From a virus (Duplodnaviria > Caudoviricetes), in the IMG/VR virus record IMGVR_UViG_3300037467_001945, positions 1 to 24,082 of that record: a DNA stretch of 24,082 bases; one strand, 5' to 3'. Below are positions 1-6,928 of this stretch, in pieces. Made by a program: the position numbers and the translations under genes. The notes below the pieces were generated by a model. The model was not told where the DNA came from, ran no database searches, and was given only the letters and a program-made list of their open reading frames with translations. Positions within the stretch are counted from its first letter, which is position 1. Each line of letters starts with the position of its first letter.

Positions 1-2
1 CC

Positions 3-746
3 AAGACCCCCACCCGCAACGGCAAGCCCCCCGCGGAGACCACCCAGGCCCAAGCCCTCGCCGCCGCCGGATCCTTCTACACCTACGCCGCCCGCCTCCA
101 AGCCGTCGACTCCGACCCGTTCGCCGCCGTCAATCGGCCCTACGTGGACCCCGACTACTCGCCGACCGAAGGCATGACCGAGGAGGAGACGACCCGGCTC
201 ATCCAGACCGCGCGCGACTGGGCGCCCCGCTCCTACGCCCTCGTCATGCTCCTCTACCTCACCGGCGCCCGCGTCGACGAACTCCTCTCCCTCGACGCCA
301 ACCAGCTCGGCTACGACCGAGGGCACCGAACCCTGCCCCTCACACAGAAGGGCGGCAAGAAGCGGCCCGCACCCGTGCCTCCGCTCGCCCTCGATGCACT
401 CCTCGCCTACCTCGGCGACCGCACCGACGGCCCGTTGTTCGTCACCGACACCGGACGCCTGCGCCGCTGGACCCAGCCCGAAGTGTGGAAGCACCTCCGC
501 GTCCTCGCCCGCCGCGCCGGAATCCCGCAAGCCGCGAGCATCAAGCCCCACACGCTGAGGCACCAGTTCATCACCGACAACCTCGCCATCGGCGTCCCCC
601 TCCAGGACGTCCAGGACGCCGTGTCGCACTCCGACCCGCGCACCACCCAGCGGTACAACCGGCGCCGCCGCCAACTCGACAACCACCCCGCCTACGCCCT
701 CGCCGCCAAGCTCGGCGAGAGGCTCCAGCAGGAGGATCAGACGTGA
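3..746 (+). CDS. Tyrosine recombinase (XerC/D-like), 5'-truncated by window edge
   Basis: Frame is open from base 3 (KTPTRNGKPPAETTQAQALAAAGSFY...). Full catalytic set: TGARVDE (R), TQKGGK (K), HTLRH (HxxR), VSHSD (H), TTQRY (Y). Confidence 0.92.
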   Translation, partial: KTPTRNGKPPAETTQAQALAAAGSFYTYAARLQAVDSDPFAAVNRPYVDPDYSPTEGMTEEETTRLIQTARDWAPRSYALVMLLYLTGARVDELLSLDANQLGYDRGHRTLPLTQKGGKKRPAPVPPLALDALLAYLGDRTDGPLFVTDTGRLRRWTQPEVWKHLRVLARRAGIPQAASIKPHTLRHQFITDNLAIGVPLQDVQDAVSHSDPRTTQRYNRRRRQLDNHPAYALAAKLGERLQQEDQT

Positions 747-922
747 CCGTCTACATCACCGACAAGGGCGACTGCTATCACAGCCGCCCGGACTGCGGAG
801 CGATCACCGGGGCGCAGCGCACCGCCGTCACCATGGGTTGGAGGGCCTACCCCGTCGAAGAGGTGCCCCTGGCGGAGGCGGTGCAGCGAGGCAAGGCCGA
901 GCCCTGCCAGCAATGCCGCTAG
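743..922 (+). CDS. Small 59-aa Cys/His metal-binding protein (Ada-like Zn-binding motif pattern)
   Basis: GTGA overlap with recombinase stop, GGAGGA RBS at 731-736; sequence VYITDKGDCYHSRPDC...AEAVQRGKAEPCQQCR. Confidence 0.75.
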   Translation: MTVYITDKGDCYHSRPDCGAITGAQRTAVTMGWRAYPVEEVPLAEAVQRGKAEPCQQCR

Positions 923-943
923 CCCCCATGCCACACTGGCCGT

Positions 944-973
944 GCGCCCGCCCTTCCCCCGTGGGGCGGGCGC
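944..973. terminator. Stem-loop, probable bidirectional terminator
   Basis: GCGCCCGCCC (944-953) / GGGCGGGCGC (964-973), a perfect 10-bp stem between convergent genes. Confidence 0.7.
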
Positions 974-980
974 TGTGCTG

Positions 981-1199
981 TCAGCGACGCCAGGGCCGGT
1001 CCGGTTCGTTGGCGCTCGCGGGCCGCGCCTTACCTCCGAGGACTCCTCGCTTCCAGACGCCCCAGGCTGCCCATCCGAGGAGGGCGCCGATGGCGATGTC
1101 GAAGATGCCGCCCCCGTTGCGTCCGCTGAGGCCAGTCATAAGGCCGCCGAGACTCAGGCATCCGAGCAGGATGGCTAGCAATGCCCACACGATCTTCAT
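981..1199 (-). CDS. Small membrane protein (72 aa, two hydrophobic helices)
   Basis: MKIVWALLAILLGCLSLGGLM and IFDIAIGALLGWAAWGVW; G-rich RBS-like stretch upstream of ATG 1199. Confidence 0.65.
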   Translation of the reverse strand: MKIVWALLAILLGCLSLGGLMTGLSGRNGGGIFDIAIGALLGWAAWGVWKRGVLGGKARPASANEPDRPWRR

Positions 1200-1263
1200 G
1201 TCGCCCCCCAAGGCGTTCACAGTGAGGGCGACAACGTAGAGCCCGCGCACGCCTGCTGTCTCC

Positions 1264-1605
1264 CTACCCGTCGAGAATCCCCAGCGCGGTGTCCGGTCGG
1301 CAGTGCGGACATGGCGGCACCTGCTGGCGTAGCGCCTCGATCGCCTGCTCGCGGCTGATCCCGCGTACACGGCCGCTCTTCCGTGCCATCCAGCAGTCCC
1401 CGGTGTGCACCCAGTCCACGTTCTTGCGGTTCAGCCCGTGCTGGATGAGCCACTCGGGCGCGGGCGGACGGGCCTGCTCGCCGTGCTGCCGCTCCTGCTC
1501 ACGGCGCTCCGCCTCTGCGATCTCCGTCCGCACGCGGTCCAGGGTGTAGGCGAGCCAGGTCTCCAGGGTGCGCAGGCGGACCAGGTCGGGCGGCAGATCG
1601 TGCAT
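1264..1605 (-). CDS. DUF6233-like protein (113 aa)
   Basis: N-terminal helical/coiled-coil region LPPDLVRLRTLETWL..., then W...VHTGDC...QAIEAL...PCPHCRPDTALG, the pattern typical of Streptomyces DUF6233. Confidence 0.8.
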   Translation of the reverse strand: MHDLPPDLVRLRTLETWLAYTLDRVRTEIAEAERREQERQHGEQARPPAPEWLIQHGLNRKNVDWVHTGDCWMARKSGRVRGISREQAIEALRQQVPPCPHCRPDTALGILDG

Positions 1606-1626
1606 GCCCTCAGCTTGCCTCGAAAT

Positions 1627-1642
1627 TCGAACACGTGCTCTA
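1627..1642. promoter_or_regulatory. Putative actinobacterial LexA (SOS) box
   Basis: TCGAAC-ACGT-GCTCTA vs consensus TCGAAC-N4-GTTCGA (2 mismatches), in the 45-bp gap between divergent genes. Confidence 0.65.
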
Positions 1643-1650
1643 GTCGGGGT

Positions 1651-1875
1651 ATGGGCAGAACCAAGGTCCCGTACCTCACCGACATCCAGGAGCGCATCCT
1701 CCGCTGCATTCGCGAGCACATCGCCGACCACGGCGAGGCGCCGAGCGTCCGGGAGATCGGCGCCGCGGTCGGCCTGCGTAGCCGAGCATCCGTCCACTAC
1801 CAGCTCGTCGAACTCGAAGCGAAGCGCGCGATCGTCCGCGAGCCCGGCCGCTACCGCGGGATCCGGCTCGCATGA
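1651..1875 (+). CDS. LexA N-terminal DNA-binding-domain-only protein (74 aa winged HTH)
   Basis: LTDIQERILRCIREHIADHGEAPSVREIGAAVGLRSRASVHYQLVELEAKRAIVREPGRYRGIRL resembles the LexA wHTH; stops before any S24 peptidase domain. Confidence 0.88.
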   Translation: MGRTKVPYLTDIQERILRCIREHIADHGEAPSVREIGAAVGLRSRASVHYQLVELEAKRAIVREPGRYRGIRLA

Positions 1876-2096
1876 CCAGCCCCGGCCGCTACCACCTCCT
1901 GCTCACCACGCGCGGCCGGCCGGTACAGCACGGCTGGTGGGGTAGCGAGGAAGTCGCCCGCCGGAAGTTCATCGGCTGGATCGGCGAGTACGGCAGCATG
2001 CCCGGCGCCCGGGTCACCCTCACCGACGAGGAGACCGGCGAGCAGCTCGCCGACTGGCCCGGCGAGGGCCCCGGCGTTGTCAGTGGCGGGTCGTAA
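1872..2096 (+). CDS. Hypothetical protein (74 aa)
   Basis: ATGA overlap with the LexA-like gene; RYHLLL..GRPVQHGWW...ARVTLTDEETG...WP; high-GC3 codon use. Confidence 0.75.
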   Translation: MTSPGRYHLLLTTRGRPVQHGWWGSEEVARRKFIGWIGEYGSMPGARVTLTDEETGEQLADWPGEGPGVVSGGS

Positions 2097-2181
2097 GCTG
2101 ATCCCATCCATCAGCCCATGCTCTGGCGCTGATCCAGCCCCGGCGTGATGCACCGGGGCTGGCTGCTGCAGGGGAGGACCC

Positions 2182-2583
2182 GTGGACGACCTGGTGCAGT
2201 TCCTGCGCGACCGGCTGGACGAGGACGAGAAGGTGGTGCGAGACAAGCTCTGCGTCAGCTGCGGGAACCCGATCGTGCCGCTCCGGAGCGCCCTAGGGAT
2301 CACCAGGTATTCGCACGGGGGTGGCCGTGCCAACGAACACGGCGAGTGGGAGCGGAATTGGGAAGGCCGCCGCTGTCCGGGGTCGATCACAGGCGCGGAG
2401 GCCGTCCAAAATCCGGCGCGTGTCCGGCGCGACATCGACGCGAAGCGGCACGTCGTCCGCGAGTGCGCCGAGCTGCTGGACGAGGATGCTCCGGGTGTCC
2501 GTACCTCGGCCGAACGGATGCTCCGTGCGCTCGCTGCCGTGTACCGCGACCACCCGGACTACCGCGAGCACTGGCGGCCCTAG
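2182..2583 (+). CDS. DUF6221-like protein (133 aa)
   Basis: GGAGG RBS; N-terminal DLVQFLRDRLDEDE, PARVRRDIDAKR, C-terminal LRALAAVYRDHPDYREHWRP. Confidence 0.85.
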   Translation: MDDLVQFLRDRLDEDEKVVRDKLCVSCGNPIVPLRSALGITRYSHGGGRANEHGEWERNWEGRRCPGSITGAEAVQNPARVRRDIDAKRHVVRECAELLDEDAPGVRTSAERMLRALAAVYRDHPDYREHWRP

Positions 2584-2804
2584 CCTTCCGGGTGCCGGAC
2601 GGCCTTCTTCACGGCCATCTCCACCGCGTACCGGCTGGCGCCCTCGGCTTCGGCGTGCTCGGTGACCGCGGCCTGGAAGACGGCGGCGGCCTCGATCCAG
2701 GCCTGCCGGGCCGCGGCGGGGTCGACGTCCGGGGCGAACAGCCGGGCGTGCGCGTCGACGGCTGCCTGCTCCAGGTTCACGAGATCTTCGAAGATGTGTG
2801 CCAC
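2580..2804 (-). CDS. Hypothetical protein (74 aa, helical)
   Basis: Typical codon use; FEDLVNLEQAA...WIEAAAVFQAAVTEHA...RYAVEMAVKKAVRHPE. Confidence 0.75.
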   Translation of the reverse strand: MAHIFEDLVNLEQAAVDAHARLFAPDVDPAAARQAWIEAAAVFQAAVTEHAEAEGASRYAVEMAVKKAVRHPEG

Positions 2805-2813
2805 CCGAGGATC

Positions 2814-2993
2814 CTAAGCCGCGGTCGTCACGTCCCCGCGCAGGGCAGCTGCGTACTCCTCAACGAGCGCCTCGTACCGCCTCCGCTCCTCGTCCGACAG
2901 GCGCTTATCCCGGTGCGTCCAGAGCGCGCGGATGTCCGCCTGCACGACCGCAGCCGGCCGCGGCGGGCCCGAGGGCGGGGGAGTGGTGGGCAT
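2814..2993 (-). CDS. Hypothetical protein (59 aa; absent from the ORF track)
   Basis: Hand translation from ATG 2993 to TAG 2814: MPTTPPPSGPPRPAAVVQADIRALWTHRDKRLSDEERRRYEALVEEYAAALRGDVTTAA; fills the gap between two minus-strand genes. Confidence 0.65.
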   Translation of the reverse strand: MPTTPPPSGPPRPAAVVQADIRALWTHRDKRLSDEERRRYEALVEEYAAALRGDVTTAA

Positions 2994-3027
2994 GGGGTCG
3001 ATCGTAGGCGCCCGGTCTGACAGTGGC

Positions 3028-3273
3028 CTAGGAGTTCGGCGTCTGTGGCTGGTCGGTGACGAACGACCCCATCCCGACCTCCGTGTAGATCAGCCCGTCT
3101 TCCCGCAGCTGCCGTAGCACCTTCTGCGCGGTGACGTTGGCGATGCCGAACTCGCCCATCAGCTTGACGGTCGACGGCACCCTCGATCGGGGCGGGTACT
3201 CGCCGGCCCGGATCCGCTCCACGATCACCTCGTGGACCTGCCTCCACCTGGGGCGATCTTCCGCGAATTCCAT
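3028..3273 (-). CDS. GntR-family winged-HTH regulator (81 aa, DNA-binding domain only)
   Basis: PRWRQVHEVIVERIRAGEYPPRSRVPS...EFGIANVTAQKVLRQLREDGLIYTEVGMGSFV. Confidence 0.9.
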   Translation of the reverse strand: MEFAEDRPRWRQVHEVIVERIRAGEYPPRSRVPSTVKLMGEFGIANVTAQKVLRQLREDGLIYTEVGMGSFVTDQPQTPNS

Positions 3274-3412
3274 GCGCCGACGGTAGGCAGCCATGATCAG
3301 CTCTGGCGATCGGTAGTACGCCATGGCGTGCTATGTCATGCTCGTGAGCAGCAAGGACCCCCGCGACCGAGGGCACGGCCCGGGGGCATGGCCGACGGAG
3401 TGGAGCGTCGAC

Positions 3413-3646
3413 ATGGGCGAGAGTAGACCCACACCCCCAGCCGCGGACCCGCCCGGGCAGGCCGGACTCAGTCCTCTCCAGAAGGCGTGGGCCGCCTACC
3501 AGCGCCACACCACTGAGTGCGATGACTGCAGCACCGTCGGCGGCGTCCGATGTGAGGACGCCGGCCGGTTATGGCGGGCGCACCGGGATCTGTGCGACGT
3601 GGCCTATGCGGCGCTGGCGGCCGAGCGGGACCATACCTCGCACTGA
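3413..3646 (+). CDS. Small Cys/His protein (77 aa), divergent from GntR
   Basis: GGAG RBS upstream; AWAAYQRHTTECDDC...RCEDAGRLWRAH (H-x3-C-x2-C...C). Confidence 0.65.
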   Translation: MGESRPTPPAADPPGQAGLSPLQKAWAAYQRHTTECDDCSTVGGVRCEDAGRLWRAHRDLCDVAYAALAAERDHTSH

Positions 3647-3834
3647 ATGCCCGTTCAGTCCGCATCTGCCGCGTAAGCCCTGGCCGGTGCGTCGCCGCCG
3701 GTATTTGTCAACGCGCTGAATGTGTGGAGACGGTGCAGGTAATTGAAGGGCACACCTTCCGTTTACGCCGCCATGCGTGTTGAATCGCAGGCAGTGAGCG
3801 AGCGCTCGCTAACCGAGTGCGCCGCTGGTCACAG

Positions 3835-4077
3835 CTACCCCTGAAGGAGGTCGGTCACGTGGCACCTGAGAGCGTGAGCGATCAGCAGCAGATCCGAAAA
3901 CTGCGGATCCCGCACCGCGTTCTCGTAGCGCTGGATCGACCGTCGCTCCATGCCGGCGAGGTGCGCCAGCTGCTCCTGTGACAGCTCCTGCTGCCGCCGT
4001 AAGTCGGCGATGCGATGTCCGAGGGCGACACGGCGTTGCATGACCCAGTCGGGTCGGGGGTTGCGGCGGGCTGGCAC
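3835..4077 (-). CDS. XRE-family HTH regulator (80 aa)
   Basis: LGHRIADLRRQQELSQEQLAHLAGMERRSIQRYENAVRDPQFSDLLLIAHAL. Confidence 0.9.
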   Translation of the reverse strand: MPARRNPRPDWVMQRRVALGHRIADLRRQQELSQEQLAHLAGMERRSIQRYENAVRDPQFSDLLLIAHALRCHVTDLLQG

Positions 4078-4254
4078 CCGTCACACGGTTCGGCCTCAGT
4101 GATCTTGTGTCAGTACCCAAATGGTCGCCAGTTGATCGTGAACGTGACTCGCGCGACGGACGGGCCTGCCTGCCGCGTAGAGAGTTTGGAAGTCCGACTG
4201 ACAGGGTCCTGCGGTCTGGCATATGCCGTAGGTGTGCGGGTAGTGTCGCGTCGC

Positions 4255-4270
4255 TCGAATAAGTGTTCGA
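4255..4270. promoter_or_regulatory. Putative LexA (SOS) box
   Basis: TCGAAT-AAGT-GTTCGA, one mismatch from TCGAAC-N4-GTTCGA. Confidence 0.75.
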
Positions 4271-4445
4271 TGAAAGCTTCGGGGCTGCGGATACCTGAAC
4301 GCCGCAACCTCGATGGGTCTATCGCGGACCGGTTACCCCACGGTCATGCGGTGGGCCTGGGTGGGTGCTCGCCACTTGTTGGCTGCGCCTACCCGAACGG
4401 GTGAACCCGCGGGTCTCGCAGACTCGAAGGGGCACCCGTAAAGAA

Positions 4446-4502
4446 GCCAGGCCCGGCTCCCTCATCGCCTCGAAGGGCGGTCCCAGGGGGGCCGGGCCTG
4501 GC
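4446..4502. terminator. Long stem-loop, probable terminator left of attP
   Basis: GCCAGGCCCGGC (4446-4457) / GCCGGGCCTGGC (4491-4502), a perfect 12-bp stem extendable inward. Confidence 0.7.
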
Positions 4503-4535
4503 GTATTGGTGCGTCGCCTTGCCGCTAAGTCTGCC

Positions 4536-4787
4536 ACTGGGAAACAAGTGGGAAAAGATCATGCGTTCACCTGCCTACACATGAGTACAGATGCGCACTC
4601 GGCTGGAGAGATTTAGCAGGTCAGGGCGCAGGTGCTTCGTAGACGCCATGGTCATCAGGGTGAGCGTCGGACAGAGCCGGAGTTCCAGAAGAACTTCGAC
4701 AATTGGCGTTCTGTCAGCCCCTGACCAGGAGGGCGATCAACCTGCAGGAGCCGACTGGGAAACGAACGGGAAAGAGCTACTTCCCAT
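4536..4787. other. Putative attP: integrase arm-type repeats flanking a core site
   Basis: ACTGGGAAAC (4536) + AGTGGGAAAA (4547); ACTGGGAAAC (4754) + AACGGGAAAG (4765); inverted CTTCCCAT (4780). Core candidate CGGAGTT-CCAGAAG-AACTTCG (4678-4698). Directly downstream of the integrase. Confidence 0.7.
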
Positions 4788-6054
4788 CCTTGCCCCGCTC
4801 CTGCAGGCGCTCCCAGCGCTCCTGCATCGTCTTCATGATGGCCTTCTCCATCGCCGCTGTCACGCTCGAATACGTGCCCTCGACGCCCGGCACCTCGTGC
4901 CCCATCCGGCGCTCGACAGCGAACCGCGAGTGCCCGTCCTCGTCGAGCCACGCCTTGTGCGCGTGCCGCAGCAGGTACATCCGCTTGCCCTTGAAGCTGG
5001 GCACCTCAGGGATCGCCGGCCGTGGCCTGCGTACCCCGGGCCCGCTGCGCTCCGGTGCGCCGTCGGCGATGGGGCGCCAGTAGGCGGTATCGAAGGCGAC
5101 CGATCCCAGGCAGCCCCCGTTGATGGCGGTGAAGACCCAGGGCTTGTCGTGCGACGCCTGCAGCTTCTCCAGCATGTCGGCGAGGAAGGGCGGGATCACC
5201 AGCGTCCTCGAGCTGCCGTACTTGGGCGGGAAGTACTGCAGCGAGCCCTTGAGGTGCTGCACCTGGCGCTCGACCCGGATCGCCGGCATCTTGCCCTCGG
5301 CCGCCCCGTAGCGCTCGGCGTCCTCCTCGTAGCGCTCCTCCTCGTCCGGGTCCGTCTGCGGATCAGACGCCGGCCAGGAGGGATAGCAGTACTCGCGGGT
5401 GAGGCCGTACAGCTCGCCGGGCCGCATGCCGGTGGTGGCCATCGTCCACACGAAGACGTAGCCGGAGTAGCCGAACATGATCTCCGCGTTCTTGGCGAGC
5501 TGCTCGACCACCTCGGGCAGGACGTCGCGCTTGCGCTCGCGGGTCGCCTTCTTGAACTTGCCGCGGCGGCGCTTGCGTTCGACCGGTGAGCTCTTGATGA
5601 GTCGGGGGACGGCGTCATCGAGGATCATCCCGAGGACCATCATGGTGTTCTTGGCGGTGCCCTCGCCGACCTTGCCGTAGATGTGCTTGCGGAAGGCCCG
5701 GTAGGCGATGACGTCGATGTCCCCGACGGCGGTCCGCTTGAAGTAGGGGCGGATGTGGGCTTCGACCTTGGAGCGGTAGCCCTTCTCGGTGAGGGGGCCG
5801 TGGTCCATCGCGGCGAGCCACTCGTCGAGCCAGTCGGTCATCAGGGTGCGGCCGTCGCGGTTGGGGACGTGGGTGCCCTGTCGGATCTCCGACATCTTGT
5901 CGAGGCCGTAGTCGTAGGCCTCGTCCTCGTCGGTGAACCCGCCCTTGGACTCGAACCGCTTGCGGCCGTCGTCGTGGTAGTCGCCAGACCACCACTTCAC
6001 ACGGCAGGTGCCGCCCCGCCATTCGGTGTAGACGTCGCGTGCACGTCTGGCCAT
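4777..6054 (-). CDS. int: Phage tyrosine integrase (425 aa)
   Basis: N-terminal arm-binding-like region (ESKGGFTDEDEA), core-binding region (YRSKVEAHIRPYF), catalytic TGMRPGE, PPKY, YLLRH, RMGH, GTYS. Confidence 0.93.
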   Translation of the reverse strand: MARRARDVYTEWRGGTCRVKWWSGDYHDDGRKRFESKGGFTDEDEAYDYGLDKMSEIRQGTHVPNRDGRTLMTDWLDEWLAAMDHGPLTEKGYRSKVEAHIRPYFKRTAVGDIDVIAYRAFRKHIYGKVGEGTAKNTMMVLGMILDDAVPRLIKSSPVERKRRRGKFKKATRERKRDVLPEVVEQLAKNAEIMFGYSGYVFVWTMATTGMRPGELYGLTREYCYPSWPASDPQTDPDEEERYEEDAERYGAAEGKMPAIRVERQVQHLKGSLQYFPPKYGSSRTLVIPPFLADMLEKLQASHDKPWVFTAINGGCLGSVAFDTAYWRPIADGAPERSGPGVRRPRPAIPEVPSFKGKRMYLLRHAHKAWLDEDGHSRFAVERRMGHEVPGVEGTYSSVTAAMEKAIMKTMQERWERLQERGKDGK

Positions 6055-6128
6055 GTCGCCCCCTTGCTGCTGGTGGCGCGGCGGCTCGGCAGGTACCCCT
6101 CCTGCCTCGCCTCCGCGTCGTCATGATC

Positions 6129-6332
6129 TCAGCTCGCCTGACCCAGAGGACAGTGCGGGCAGTGACCACATTCACCACCGAGGTCCCTCACCAGCTCCCG
6201 CATGGAGGCCCGTACTTCGGGGCTCTCGCCGGCCTGGCTCGGAACCACACAGACGATCCCTTCGCCGGTACGGGCCACAGTCCCGCCAAACTTCGGCCCG
6301 TAATCGACTATGAGCGCGCCTCGTTGCTGCAT
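6129..6332 (-). CDS. Hypothetical protein (67 aa, C-terminal CxxCxxC) upstream of int
   Basis: GGGGAG RBS; ends GGECGHCPHCPLGQAS. Confidence 0.7.
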   Translation of the reverse strand: MQQRGALIVDYGPKFGGTVARTGEGIVCVVPSQAGESPEVRASMRELVRDLGGECGHCPHCPLGQAS

Positions 6333-6493
6333 GGCTCCCCCTTATGTCGCCTGGTAGGGAAGCCTCGAAGGGCGTGACACGACTCTGCCACGTTTTGTTG
6401 CTGATGGGACTGGCTGGAACCAAGTGATATACGGAAAGTAAGTAACGGATCGGCAAAGAGAAAATGGTTGTACGCCAATCGGCTGAACTTGGG

Positions 6494-6928
6494 CTAGATA
6501 AGCCCGCGTTCGCGCAAGTCGCGCACCACCCGCTCGCTGATCTCCCGGATCTCCTCGGCTGTCGTCCCCTTCGTTGTGGCGATCAGCGCCAACTGCACGA
6601 CACCCCGGGCCTCCTCGTCGATGATCTCCTGAGGGATGGGCGACTTCTGGACACTGGCGGCGTCGGCGTCCGCCATGTCCGCGACCGATACGGGATCGCC
6701 GCCCTCGAGCACCTTGAGGGAGCTGCCGGGGGCCCACTGCAGCAGGCCGTCGATCTTTACGTAGTTGGTTTCACGGATCTCGAGACCCTTCTCGACGCGT
6801 TGCCAGGTGCGGTTGGAGAGGCCGCCTGCCTTGGCGTTCTTGTCGTTCAGGGCAAGGCCGAGCTCGGCTCGGCGGCGCCTGGCGATGTGCGCTAGGCGCT
6901 CATAGTCGCGCTCCTGCGTGGGTGGCAT
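6494..6928 (-). CDS. Putative immunity repressor (XRE-like HTH, 144 aa)
   Basis: RLAHIARRRRAELGL...GGLSNRTWQRVEKG...KIDGLLQWAPGS; divergent from the Cro-like gene; ATG 6928 lies 6 nt after a -10-like CAAGAT. Confidence 0.8.
   Translation of the reverse strand: MPPTQERDYERLAHIARRRRAELGLALNDKNAKAGGLSNRTWQRVEKGLEIRETNYVKIDGLLQWAPGSSLKVLEGGDPVSVADMADADAASVQKSPIPQEIIDEEARGVVQLALIATTKGTTAEEIREISERVVRDLRERGLI

Noticed and set aside
1651-2096. Frameshifted full-length lexA pseudogene
   Set aside because: The downstream ORF shows no S24 peptidase motifs (Ala-Gly site, GDSM) and is cleanly ATGA-coupled, so it is a separate gene
2145-3020. 291-aa Arg/Gly-rich ORF (and similar off-frame ORFs 11546-12817, 14424-15551)
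   Set aside because: Off-frame overlap with better-supported genes; low-complexity composition typical of non-coding frames
4560-4750. tRNA or tmRNA fragment at the att core
   Set aside because: No T-loop GTTCGA/cloverleaf or CCA-ended arm is recognisable here; the GTTCGA at 4265 belongs to the SOS box
4591-5589. 332-aa plus-strand ORF
   Set aside because: Antisense to the integrase and running through the att region; no recognisable domain
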